Assembly: GCA_028748975.1 (NCBI GenBank) | Contig: JAQTPI010000004.1 | Span: 14,734 to 78,733, forward strand | DNA from: Patescibacteria group bacterium | GTDB lineage: Bacteria > Patescibacteriota > Patescibacteriia > UBA2196 | Length of the DNA stretch: 64,000 bases | Direction: 5' to 3' | Shown: in pieces, positions 48,301 to 59,700 of the stretch | How positions within the stretch are numbered: position 1 is the first letter of the stretch | Layout of the letters: each line of letters begins with the position of its first letter | Made by a program: the position numbers and the translations under genes | The notes under the pieces: model-generated | Seen by the model: only the letters and a program-made list of their open reading frames with translations | Databases searched by the model: none | What the model was told of the DNA's origin: nothing

Positions 48301-51300
48301 GTTCGCCAATTTACGCCGCTACCACCAATCGTGATGTAATTAATAACTCCAATGCCGTGCCAGTATCAAGAATTATGATGACTTCCGGCAATATTGAATA
48401 CAAAATTAATTATGGCGCGATTGGTAAATCAGTGGCCATCCGCAATTTTGACCGCGTGATGCGCACCCGCGGCATAACCGGCATTGAAAGAGAAAGCGGC
48501 TTAGCCATTTCTGAAAGTGCTTCTCGTGTTTTGTCTGTTACTTCGGGTTACGTCTGGTTTGGCATGGATAGAATTACAATTGATGCCATGACTGTCGGCA
48601 CTGGCGGAGCCACGGCAGAAGTTTGGTATCATTCGGGCGGCAATTGGGTTGCTTCTTCCACGCCGACTTATGAACATTTAAGTTATGATAATGGTACAAA
48701 TTTAACCACGCTTACCGCCAACCGTTACGCCGTGAACTGGGTTTTTCGCAATGTGGCCAATGGAGCCGAAATTGATATTATTTTGGGTTCTGGTGATTAT
48801 ACTTTAGCCCAAGCTGAAGCCAGCATGCTACCATCTTTGCCAGAAGAGGTTACTAATTTTTATGCTTTGGTTGCTAGAATTATTATTAAGAAAAATAACA
48901 CAGTGGCTTACGCCATTGAAAATGAAGCAGATTTTTCTTTCCGGCAGGCCGCGGTAACCATTCATAATGATTTGTCTTCAATTCAGGGTGGCACCACAGG
49001 CGAGTATTATCACTTAACCGCGTCCGAACAAATAGAACTGAACGGCTGGCTGGATGATGCCATTTTGACTTCCACTGGTGGTTTAAGTGTTAATTCCGCC
49101 ACTACCACGGGCTCATTTTATTTTCCCGGCGGCGTAGTTATGGAAAACGGTAATGTGGGAATTGGAACAACAGTGCCGACTTCCACCTTGCAGGTGGCTG
49201 GTAATTTTAATATCACCACCACTTCGGCTTTGACTACAAATGAAAGTGTTTTCTTTGTGAACAATGCAACAAAGAATGTGGGAATTGGGACGACAACCCC
49301 CCTAACTTCATTAAGTGTTCAGGGAGCGCCGGGAAAGCCAGTAATGAACATTGCTTCTTCCACCGGAGCTTCATTACTATATGTGGGTGAAGATGGAAAG
49401 GTCAATATTGGTGGTGAATTTACAGGGGCATACAAATCATCATTAAATGTAACAGGTAATGCGGTTGTGACCGGTATCATTTATGGCCCGAGTTATGGGG
49501 CAACAATTAATATGTCCACCGGCAAGTTAACAAACACCAGTTCGGCAATGGAATTTGATTGGACTAACGGCTTATGGTCTACTTATCGCACTAACATTAC
49601 TTTGTATCCTTACGGGGCATATGATGAAGGCGGGGGAAAAATTATACTTAAAGGCAATGTTGGCATCGGGACGACAAATCCACAAGGTGCCTTGTCGGTG
49701 ATGAATGGTAATGTGGGCATTGGCATGACGAATCCTATAGCAGTATTTGAAATTGCTACCACCTCCAATGATTGGGTTGGTGGGAGTAATGTTCCTTTAA
49801 TGCGGGTGTCTACCAAAACGACGGAAGTTTTCTATATAAATGCTACGGGCAATGTCGGCATCGGGACAACTGCACCTTTGGCAAAACTTAACGCTTCCTC
49901 CACCACGGCGCAGTTAAGATTAACCAATGGCGAAACTGTCAGCACTAATTTTACTGATTTTAATGTTCTCTCAGCCGGTGATTTGATTATTGACCCACAA
50001 GGCACGGCTACGACTACTTTTGTGCGGAGTAATCTGAAAGTGGAGGGAAATGCGACGACAACAGGAAGTTTGGTGGTAGGCAATCCGACTGGCGGCGGCA
50101 TGGGTGCCGGTACAATTAATGCCGAACACACCCTTTATGTGAATGGCGCAGATTACGCGGAATATTTTTTAACTAATGATGTTGACTTGCAACCAGGCGA
50201 AGCAGTTTGTATTGATGTCACTAATGACAAAGCGGTTAAAAGATGCTACCGTGGCGCTGACCCGGACATCATTGGTATCGTTTCTACTAAGCCGGCGCTT
50301 GTTGGTAATAATCAAGAATTTGACGGGGAAACCGTGATTGTCGGTTTAATCGGCCAGGTGCCAGCTTTTGCTTCCGTTGAAAACGGAATTATTCGGCCGG
50401 GCGATTCTTTAACTTCGGCTTCCTCCACCCCGGGCTATTTAATGAAAGCGAGCGCGGGCGATTCCACCGTGGGCGTGGCTTTGACCGGACTTCAAAATGG
50501 CACTGGTGGTATTAATGTTTTAATTTCCAGAAGGAATAAATCTTTGACCGTGGAACAAGTGGAAGAACAGGTGACGAAGCGCGTGGCCGACATGAAAATT
50601 GAGGATGAAGTGAACATGATGGTCTCGGACGCCGTGAGGACACTGGGTGTTGATGAACAAATTAAACTTTTGGATTTGAAAGTGGTGGAGTTGGAAGAAA
50701 AAGAGAAGCTAGCGGTTAAATCATTTGACGAGGTTACAGCCAATAATTTAAAAATTATTACTTTAGCTGAAATAGAAGAATTAAAAGCGAAAAATATTAT
50801 GACGGAAAAGATAACCGCTGATATGGCTCAAGCCACAACTGGCAATTTCCAAGAATTGGTGCTCGGGACAAGTGAAGAGAGAATAGAGAATAGCGAAGAG
50901 CAGGCTGCAACGACGGCGACGACAACCAATGAAGGGGAAAGAGAGAAGAGCGAAGAGTTATTGGTAAACAACAAACAAGTGCGGATTACGGTGATTGACG
51001 ATCCAGATGATAGTGAAGTCAGAATTAAAATCTCCGGCGGGGCGGAATTTGGCGGCACGGTTAAGGTGGTGAATTTGGAAGTGGGTGGTAAAATTACAAT
51101 TAAGGGCGGGGCGGAATTTTTGGGTGAAGCTACTTTCAGAAATAATTTGAATCTGGAAAGTGCTTTAACCCGAACCTATCAAGAAAAGAAAGATGAAATG
51201 TTAAAAATTGGCGACGCGGTTTATATTTCCGGCGACAATGAAGTGGCCAGAGCTTTTGCCGACATTGTTGACGGAAGCGGCATGTTTAAACCAGCCATAG

Positions 51301-51938
51301 GCATAGTAATTGGGTTTGAGGATAAAAATACGGGCGAAACGAAATCCCTTGTTGCCGGCGCTCCGCGGGACAACATCACTGTGAGGGTTGCAATTGGCGG
51401 CACGATTGGCGGATTTAGTAACCTTTTGCCGGGCGTGACCTACTATTTATCTGATGTGGAAACCGCGATTTTGGCTAATAAGACTACCGCCGAGATTGGT
51501 GACGGTGAATTTAGTGCCATTAGTTCGCTGACCAATTCTCCGGCGCAAGAAGTCGGCGTCTTTTTCCAGCCACTGGCAGTGGCCGAATCCACCAGCACCT
51601 TACTAATTATGCCTTCGCTTGTGTATCAGGAATACAACAAAGAAATGAGTTTAGCGCCAGCGGAATACGAACCAATTTATGTAGAGAATTTAAATTCGGA
51701 GATTAACAACCAGCCAGTTTCACCAAGAGTGGAGGAACAGCCAATAATAGATAATCCACAGTCAATCACTGACAGCACGCCAGCAACAACCACCGACGCA
51801 ATTACGGCCACTTCCACTCCGGTGATTGAAGAAATTACACCACCAGTCACAGAAGAAATCGTGTCGGCAGAGGAGCCGTTGGTAATAACCGAGGCGCCGC
51901 CAGTGGGGGAGGTGGTAGTGGAGGTACCGGTGGAATAA
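45306..51938 (+). CDS. Giant HTH-TM-collagen-fibre protein with GNVGIGT repeats and intramolecular-chaperone (peptidase G2-like) domain
   Basis: ISLTEAAELCTYSQEYLSLLARRGELRAQKFGNNW (excisionase-like HTH), TM, GxY triplets, many NVGIG repeats, ADYAEYF...IIGIVSTKP. Confidence 0.85.
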   Translation: MFRCQNYHAQKTENHAQEKSRGFISLTEAAELCTYSQEYLSLLARRGELRAQKFGNNWFTKTKWLKKYVAEHAEGTILNGKGKFLAKEKMAMDFRSFREEVEDLIMTAKKKTVAVGRGGLVAAVALAMVTGAILVKPNYVRDFALTEIKLARIGVGEIKNILWSDGVIRFGVQMKEVVLGMKEDFLVADNLSSDPLQTSSLARGRAYGLVAGAKTDEIWKNFVGKLNRIKILNVNMAQNFENSDQEIYLVHNYWQKIGGLADNFIPIFSFVKRESSQIIDGAAKIIGKAGERIDRSTANFGGKIGEWFSSFQKTEWDPQLLSQLAKKTQETQIVYQTNNIINNTTLVSGNKTTAGPGVIDTQGTTGINGATGKTGSQGPRGEKGETGPQGLQGIQGPAGICGGTCSGSGGSVTNIYNVGVQGATAHDGAGSSLATKYLGAGELSVSGNTSLVGVLTVGGGASFSSGVSIAGILNGGNATFGGVSMATLNATTTNADSLYIFNNATTTGAQYIGGDLTVAGTAVFTGGSSFNSITTTDTAYIGGRSFLMGNVGIGTTNATATLLVISDQYEGAKFVVASSTALATPSLYVDKGGNVGIGKTNPEFKLDVAGIINATSLYVDGSPYVGSQWTTAVNDIYYNTGNVGIGITNPAALFEIATTTTDWAAGTRPLMRVATKTTEALYVGASGNVGIGTTVPTSTLQVAGNFNITTTSALTTNQSVFFVNNATKNVGIGTTAPGAKLEVNGSILPSSSLANDLGSGTRYYNNGYIYTLDQGGGVIQNTTYIKSQGSLGIFPFSGGTTATLRIGSLPGQGTTYSYKDIYFDTADVNRMYIANAGNVGIGTTNPQGALSVMNGNVGIGTTNPGALFEIATTTTDWAAGTRPLMRVATKTTEAFYIAASGNVGIGTTNPQYKFDIAGYASSTQDIYAANLGYNEGMLEDPTIIDATGAAINISAAYVLIRSSSDWTGYKLERHLVPANTALALTDNDLNYVYINYNSGSPIYAATTNRDVINNSNAVPVSRIMMTSGNIEYKINYGAIGKSVAIRNFDRVMRTRGITGIERESGLAISESASRVLSVTSGYVWFGMDRITIDAMTVGTGGATAEVWYHSGGNWVASSTPTYEHLSYDNGTNLTTLTANRYAVNWVFRNVANGAEIDIILGSGDYTLAQAEASMLPSLPEEVTNFYALVARIIIKKNNTVAYAIENEADFSFRQAAVTIHNDLSSIQGGTTGEYYHLTASEQIELNGWLDDAILTSTGGLSVNSATTTGSFYFPGGVVMENGNVGIGTTVPTSTLQVAGNFNITTTSALTTNESVFFVNNATKNVGIGTTTPLTSLSVQGAPGKPVMNIASSTGASLLYVGEDGKVNIGGEFTGAYKSSLNVTGNAVVTGIIYGPSYGATINMSTGKLTNTSSAMEFDWTNGLWSTYRTNITLYPYGAYDEGGGKIILKGNVGIGTTNPQGALSVMNGNVGIGMTNPIAVFEIATTSNDWVGGSNVPLMRVSTKTTEVFYINATGNVGIGTTAPLAKLNASSTTAQLRLTNGETVSTNFTDFNVLSAGDLIIDPQGTATTTFVRSNLKVEGNATTTGSLVVGNPTGGGMGAGTINAEHTLYVNGADYAEYFLTNDVDLQPGEAVCIDVTNDKAVKRCYRGADPDIIGIVSTKPALVGNNQEFDGETVIVGLIGQVPAFASVENGIIRPGDSLTSASSTPGYLMKASAGDSTVGVALTGLQNGTGGINVLISRRNKSLTVEQVEEQVTKRVADMKIEDEVNMMVSDAVRTLGVDEQIKLLDLKVVELEEKEKLAVKSFDEVTANNLKIITLAEIEELKAKNIMTEKITADMAQATTGNFQELVLGTSEERIENSEEQAATTATTTNEGEREKSEELLVNNKQVRITVIDDPDDSEVRIKISGGAEFGGTVKVVNLEVGGKITIKGGAEFLGEATFRNNLNLESALTRTYQEKKDEMLKIGDAVYISGDNEVARAFADIVDGSGMFKPAIGIVIGFEDKNTGETKSLVAGAPRDNITVRVAIGGTIGGFSNLLPGVTYYLSDVETAILANKTTAEIGDGEFSAISSLTNSPAQEVGVFFQPLAVAESTSTLLIMPSLVYQEYNKEMSLAPAEYEPIYVENLNSEINNQPVSPRVEEQPIIDNPQSITDSTPATTTDAITATSTPVIEEITPPVTEEIVSAEEPLVITEAPPVGEVVVEVPVE

Positions 51939-52171
51939 TTTAATAATTCAACTTTTCTTGTTTACTTGCGCACCGGGCGGCAGGGGAGTATAATATATTA
52001 GTAACAGAATAACGAAGTAATAAAGGGAAATAGGGATATAAGGATATAAAAAATAAAATTATTTTATTATCAATATAAATTATTTTACGAATTCATATAT
52101 TCGCCCGCCTTGCCCGCTTCGCAGCGAGGCGAGCCGACGAGGCAGGTACAATTCGTAATTCGTAGGATTCT

Positions 52172-52612
52172 ATGGAAGAACAACAACCAATAAAAAACTA
52201 TTCTTATAAAATTACCACGAGTGGCTGGGTGGTGATTGGTATTATAGTTTTGGCGGTGATTGGCAGCGTTTTATTTTTTATCAGCAAAAAAAGCGGAGGC
52301 TTGAACAAAAACAGTTCTGATTGGCAAGCAATCTTTTTGTCCAATGGGCAAACATATTTTGGACAGGTAGTTTCTGAAAACAATGACAGCGTGATCATCA
52401 GAAATGTTTATTATTTGGTAGGCATGACAAGCCCGCAAGAAATAAGCGAAACAGATAAAAACAAAGATTTTTCTTTAATTAAGTTAGGCAGTGAAGTTCA
52501 TGGACCAATTGATGAAATGCGCATCAATCGAAATCATATTTTGTTTGTAGAAGATTTGCGCGCTGATTCCAAAATCGTGAAAGCGATTGACGAGTATCAG
52601 AAGAAGAAGTAA
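52172..52612 (+). CDS. Membrane-anchored hypothetical protein of a type common in CPR
   Basis: TM; WQAIFLSNGQTYFG...YYL...LIKLGSEVHGP. Confidence 0.75.
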   Translation: MEEQQPIKNYSYKITTSGWVVIGIIVLAVIGSVLFFISKKSGGLNKNSSDWQAIFLSNGQTYFGQVVSENNDSVIIRNVYYLVGMTSPQEISETDKNKDFSLIKLGSEVHGPIDEMRINRNHILFVEDLRADSKIVKAIDEYQKKK

Positions 52613-52744
52613 TAAGTAATAAGGAAAATAAAAAACAAAAAAACGAGCAAGACTCGTTTTTTTGTTTGAAGATATCTATCCTTTGTTACCCTGTTACTCT
52701 GTTACTCTGTTACTTTGTTATTATGTTATTTTTTATTTATTAGT

Positions 52745-52798
52745 TACGAGATCCCTCGACTCCGGCCGACTATTGTCGGCCTTCGCTCGGGATAAACT
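52745..52798. repeat. Solo REP-like repeat (GIY-YIG family)
   Basis: TACGAGATCCCTCGACTC-[GGCCGAC hairpin]-TCGCTCGGGATAAACTA. Confidence 0.85.
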
Positions 52799-53367
52799 AA
52801 AAAAATACAAAACAATTCCCAAATAAATACTAAAAAAATTAAGAAAATTAAATCAAAACAATTCAATAAATAAATAAAACAATAATTCTAATTATTGGTG
52901 AATAAAAAATATAAAATAAATTAAAATAAATAATAAAAAATACTAAAATTTGAGAGAAAAACACCTGATTTTTAAAAAGTAGGGGAAAAAGATGGCCATT
53001 TTTTGGCCCTAGGATGCCCGTTGAAAGGTTTTTTGATGGAGGACACCAAAACTACCATTAAAAAACGCGCCAGGGAAAAATTGAGGGAAGTTTTTTAGTA
53101 AAACAAGATCCTTTGCTCTGAGTTTTCGGAGTTTAGGACGCCGTTGTTTTATTGCAACAAAACAACGGCGTTTTTGTGGATAAGTGCCATCTTTTTTTTA
53201 TAAAAATTTAAAAAACGAGAAAAACGGTTGTGTATAAGTGGAGTGCGACAAAAATTGATTTATAAAATATTTTCTGGAAACAATGCCCAAAAAACGTATT
53301 TTACGACTATTTGGCGCCTAGTTGATGCATATTGCATATCTGGAAGGTAATATCGGATAGAAATTGA

Positions 53368-53398
53368 TTGACTTTTGGTATTTTTCGCGATATAATTA
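53368..53398 (+). promoter_or_regulatory. sigma70 promoter paralogous to the one near 44985
   Basis: TTGACTTTTGGTATTTTTCGCGATATAAT. Confidence 0.65.
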
Positions 53399-53400
53399 AT

Positions 53401-53741
53401 ACAGGAAAGCTAAATTTTTAGGAACCAACACCAGATATGCGACGCCTCGGACGCGTCCGGAAACCCCAACAGGTTTTCTAAAACTGGTTTTGGTAAATTT
53501 TACTCCGCTTTGAGTCAGGCAAACAAAAAAGCCCACTCGAGCCAGGCAATAGGGTTTTGGAAAGCGTAAATTAATTAGGATTTTTAATTTACTTGGTGCC
53601 AAAAGCACGAGGTGAGCTTGTTTTAATTATAGCATAATTTTTAAAGCAAGGCAAACGGCCTATATATGTATATATATTAATATATAAAAAATAAAATATA
53701 AAATATAAAAAATTTATATTGAAAATTGAAAATTAACTTCC
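53401..53741 (+). ncRNA. Candidate structured 5' leader, copy 2
   Basis: GACGC-CTCGGAC-GCGTC and GTGC-CAAAA-GCAC-GAGG hairpins. Confidence 0.45.
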
Positions 53742-56700
53742 ATGCTTCGTCGTCAAAATTACCATGCTCAAAAGACAGAAAACCACGCTCAAGAAAAGAG
53801 TCGTGGTTTTATTTCTCTCTCGGAGGCGGCGAAGCTCTGTACTTACTCACAAGAATACCTGTCGCTTTTGGCCAGACGGGGGGAACTTAAAGCGCAAAAA
53901 ATAGGACGCAATTGGTTTACCAAAACCGACTGGTTGAAAAAATATATTGAGGACCACCCAGCGGATTTGAACGGCAATATCAAAGGGCGCCTGCTGGAAG
54001 AAGAAAAATTAAAAAAAATAATACATAAAAAAAGATTTAAGAATTTAAATGTCTTAGGAGAAGTTGGAGCGACAACCAGGGTGATGAAGAAAAAGATGGC
54101 AGGAGCGAGAACGAAAGTTTTGTTGGCAACAATGTTGATGGTATTATTGGTGGGTGTGGTTTTGATCAAACCAAACTATGTGAAAGATTTCGCGACGATG
54201 GAAATTAAACTGGCGCAGATAGGAACTAATGAATTCAAAAGAATTTTTTGGAATGAAAACGCGGCGAAGTTTGAGGCGCCAGAACAAGAAACGGCAAAAC
54301 AGACGATGGAAAAAATTGGGGGAAAAAAAATTGTGGCGGGGGCGAAAATCAGCGAAGTTTGGAAAAATCTGATCAGCCAGTTTAATCAGGTAAAAAATTT
54401 AAATCTCAGCATCGCGAAGAATTTTGACAAGGCTGAGCAAGAAATTTATTTGGCGCACTATAATTGGCAGAAAACCGGAGAAAGAATTTTTAGTTGGTTG
54501 GAGAAGAAAAATTTTGCCATCAATTTGGGTGATTTTAAAATGTTTGGGAAATCTGGGGAGATCAGAGACTGGGGAATAGTTGGAGCAATGAAGAAAATTT
54601 TAGCTAGTGCAAATAAAATTGTTGGCGAAGCTGGTGGAAGCGCTACCGAACTGGCCAGTAACATTGGTGATAAGATTGGCGAGTGGCTTTCATCTTTTCA
54701 AAAAACAGAATGGGATTCACGGTTATTAATTCAGCTGGCCAAAAGAAAAAGCGAAACAACACAAATTGTTTATGAGGGTGATTGGATCAATCAAATAGGC
54801 CAAGGAGAAGCAGGCCAGGCGGGGGCTAGTGGAAAGCCAGGAGCGACTGGCGCGACTGGTAAAATCGGCAGTCAAGGACCGCGCGGTGAAAAAGGTGAAA
54901 AAGGCGAAACCGGACCACAAGGATTACAAGGATTACAGGGATTACAAGGAATAGCTGGACCAGCTGGCGCGAGCGGTGGAACCAGTATTACCAATGTTTA
55001 CAATGTGGGTGTGCCAGGAACAACTGCCCATGACGGCGCGGGCTCTTCCTTCGCCGCTAAATATATTGGCGCGGGCGAACTCTCGGTTTCCGGCAACACC
55101 AGTTTGAATGGCAGTTTAACTGTTCAGGGTGGAACCAGTTTTAATAGCGCGGTAAATATTGCCGGGATTTTGAATGGCGGTAACGCGGTCTTTAGCGGAG
55201 TTACGATGAACACACTTAATGCCACGACCACAAATATTGATTTTGCCAGAATTGTTGATGGCAGAATAACCACACTTAACGCCACCACCACGAACATTGA
55301 CACGCTCCAAGTTTTTGGCAACGCCACCACGACTGGCGTGCAAAGCATTGTGGGCCAACTGAAAGTCGCCACTTCCACTTTGGATGAGTATTATAAATTC
55401 GGCGTGGGCGGACCGGTTTACATCGCGGGCAGTTTATATCACGAGGGCAATGCCACGACTACGGGCACAGGAGTTTTTTCTAATTCTTTGGCTGTGGCAA
55501 CCACCACTCATCCTTACACTCTAAACATCGGAGGCACAGGATATTTTAGCGACGGACTGATGATTGGCGGTTATGCCACCACTTCCAATTTGACAGTTCA
55601 GGGTAATGCCACCACCACCGGATCACATTACATTGGCGGAGATTTAACAGTGGCAAGAGCTTCTGCTTTTCTTAGTGGCGCTTCTTTCAATTCCATCACT
55701 ACGACCGACACTGCTTACTTTGGCGGTAATTTAACCGTGGTTGGTGCCACTGATTTACAAGATAATGTTTTTGATTCACTGGGTGATTTTACGATCGCGG
55801 ATAATTTGATGGTCAGCGGTAATGCCACCACCACCGGATCACATTACATTGGCGGAGATTTAACAGTGGCAAGAGCTTCTGCTTTTCTTAGTGGCGCTTC
55901 TTTTAATTCCATCACGACGACCGACACTGCCTACATCAGTGGCAGAAGTTTTTTGATGGGCAACGTCGGCATCGGCACAACCGCGCCGACTTCCACACTC
56001 GCGGTTTATGGAAATTTCAATGTGCAGAATGCCAGCAATGGCACCAGTAATTTATATGTTAATTCAACAAGTGGCAATATCGGCATTGGCACAACAGGAC
56101 CGCTACAAAAACTGGACGTGAATGGCAATCTAGCCTTTGGCGGCAGCCGTGCTTTTGGATTATTTGGAACCATATTAGATTTTGGGAGAGGCAGTTCTTA
56201 TTTTACAGGATTTAATCTCGGAGTTGGAGCGTCAAGCGGTTTATTTATTAATTCAAACGGCAACGTCGGCATTGGAATGACGAACCCGGTTTATAAACTG
56301 GAAGTCAATGGCACCGCTTCCACTTCGGCTTTGTATGTTGGCACGAACGCGACGACCACCGGAGTAGCTTATGTTGGTTTAGCTTTGGCCGTGGCCACCA
56401 CCACTTCTGATGATTTTTCTTTTCAAATCGGTGCTAAGCCATCAATTTTTCAACACGGCGTTTCCATTTTGGGTTATGCCACTACTTCTAATTTGACAGT
56501 GCAGGGTAACGCCACCACCACTGGCACACAATATTTTGGCGGCGACATCAACATGGCTGGCGCAATGAATCAGGCTGGCGGTAGCGCGGCTTTGGCCACC
56601 ACCACGGTGGTGGGAAGTTTTACGGTACAGGATGCCGATGGCAACTCCAGATTTTTAGTCAATAATTTAACCGGCAAGGTGGGTATTGGTACGAGCGGAC

Positions 56701-59700
56701 CGGATGGCAGTTTGGAAGTTCTAAATGCTGATAGCGCGCAATTACGTCTAAGCCAAGCCAATGAAGTTTTTTACGCTGATTTCCAGGTGGATAATACCGG
56801 CGATTTGCTTTTGAACATGAGCGACAACACTGGCCAAGGGCAATTAATTTTGGCCAACGAAGACACCATCGCGATTGGCGGCGTGGCGGGACAAATTTAC
56901 AATGCCATCGCCAATGATGCCACAAGCATGGGGCATGGCTTGAATACAGACACAGATTTATACATTGGTGGCAAATTGGAAGTTGATGACAATGTTTTTT
57001 TTGATGGCAACGTAACAATTGCCGGCGACCAGACCGTGGTGGGCACAACGGCTTATGAAAGCAATGTGGACATGCAGAATAATTTAATTTTGAATGTAGG
57101 CCATGCCAATACTGATTTCACTACTGGCGGCGGACTTAATTTGGCCGGTGATTTGGCCGTCAATTCCGGTAATCTTACTTCCTCTGGCAATTTGACTTTG
57201 AATCCGACCGGCACTTTGAATTTGGGTGGGGCAAATACGACAGTGATTTCTACACCTAACACGGTGGCAACTTACAACGTCAATGGCACTGGATTGACCG
57301 CGGTTAATATCGCGGTAGCCAACGTTAACCCGGCCATTTTGAATTTTGGCACTTCGGCCGCGGGGAACGACATTAACATCGGTGGTTCGACAGCTACGGT
57401 GGATTTGGAAAATGGCACTGTGTATGTTATTGGTGGCAACATAGGAATTAATACCACCGCGCCGACTTCCACCCTGCAAACCATTGGCAATTTTTCCATT
57501 GCCACCACTTCCGCTCTCGGTTTTAACAAGCGCGAGGTTTTCAGCGTCAATAGCACTAATCATTTTGCCACCACGACCGTGAAAGATTATTTCCAGGTGG
57601 TGCAGGCAAACGAGGCGACAAGTTTGTTTGTTGATAAAGGAGGAAATGTCGGCATCGGGACAACTGCGCCGAATAATATTTTAGATGTAAATGGAACAGC
57701 CAACATTCCAATTATACGGCCCGGCTCGGTCACGTCTTATGTCGGAGGAGTTATTAATCTTAGCACCTTAAGTTTATCAGACACAGCGGCTGCCGAAGCA
57801 AGTTTAAATTGGAGAACTGGCACTTGGACCACTTATCGCCAAAATATGACGATAACTCCTTACGGGGCTTATGACGAAGGCGGGGCTGGAAAAATTTCTT
57901 TTATAGGCAACGTCGGCATCGCCACCACCAACCCGACCGCATTTTTGGAAATTTCTACCACGACTAATGATTGGGTAGGAGCAGACCGCGCGCGTCCTTT
58001 AATGCGCGTGGCAACTAAAACCACTGAAGCTTTTTACATCGCGGCGAGCGGAAATGTGGGGGTGGGGACGACCAATCCTTTAGGATTACTTCAAGTTGGA
58101 GACAATAATGCAACTCTTGGTAATAAATACGCTCTTTTTTCCAACAATGTCGGAGGAAATAATCCATCAAGTGTTGTTGGACTTGCTATTGGGTGGAATA
58201 AATCCAATGGGCAAGGTGAATCTAATATTATTTTTAACACAACTGGAGGGGGTACAGCACCAGGACTTGCGATCGGCGACTTTAATGGCGCAACTTACAA
58301 AGAAGATATGCGCATAGATCAAAATGGCAACGTCGGCATCGCCACCACTAATCCGACCGCATTTTTGGAAATTTCTACCACGACTAATGATTGGATAGGA
58401 GCAGACCGCGCGCGTCCTTTAATGCGCGTGGCGACAAAAACTACCGAAGCTTTCTACATCGCGGCATCGGGTGCGGTTGGAATTGGCACCACGGATCCAA
58501 GCTGGACTGGTTTTGATGTTAATAAATCTGGTTTCTATTTTCATAACGGTGCCACCGCCTTTATCTATAACAATGGCGTTAATACCGGCTTTAATAGTGG
58601 CACCACCCCAGGTTCAAAAGTATCAATTGCGGGAAATTTATCAGTGGGAAGCACTTTTTATTCTGTTGCCGCGCCAACTAATGGAGCAATTATTGAAGGC
58701 AATGTCGGCGTTGGGACGACCGCGCCCTCTGCCTTACTTCACGCTTCTTCCACCACGGAACAATTACGATTATCCAATGGCAATGTCGCTTCCACTAACT
58801 TCACATCTTTTAAAGTTCTCTCTGCCGGTGATTTAATCATTGACCCGCAGGGAACAGCGACTTCCACCGTGATTGGCAGTAATCTGCAAGTGGAAGGCAA
58901 CGCCAGCACGACTGGCGCATTGTATGTTGGTGGGCATTTTAATGTGGTTGGCATCGCGGCTTTTACCGGCGGCGCGAGTTTCAATTCCATCACTACCACG
59001 GATACGGCCTATATTGGCGGAAAAAGTTATTTTGGCGGTAACGTTGGCATTGGCGCGACCGCGCCACTGGCCAAATTGGATGTGCGCGGCGACGTTTACA
59101 TTGGCGCGGGCGCGGAAATTTACACCAATGGCGGCTATGAATCTGGTGGAGTGACCACTGTTAGCACTCTGCAAAACAATATGTATGTTTGGCAGGGCGG
59201 CACGGGCAATGTTACGCCTTCAGTGGAAACGACCATTGTCCACACCGGCACCAATTCGCAAAAAATAGTAGTGACTGATGACGGCACTTCTCTTTCTGAT
59301 GTCCGCGCGGCTACCGCTTCGTCCAATTACAACGCGGTCGTGGGCGATGTTTTCACTTACAGTTTTTGGGTTTATTCCAGCGTGGCTATCACCAACGCGC
59401 AAGTGGCTTTTGCCAGTATTGGGCAGAGCGGCTGGGGAACAGCGGTAAGTTTTAGCGTGCCAACCATCAATACTTGGACTAAAATTTCCGGCATGGTGAC
59501 TTGCAATGCGACCGTGGCCAATAATGGCACCAACATTCAGGCAAAAATCGGCGACACTTTAAGCGGCGGAACCGGCACGGTATATTTTGATGATTTTTCA
59601 ATTTATCGGACGGGCTTGGCTTTGGTCAATGCCAACGCGGCCGTGGCGGGCGGACAACAAAATTCTCCGGTTGTGAGATGGTCGGGTTATGGTTGGAAAA

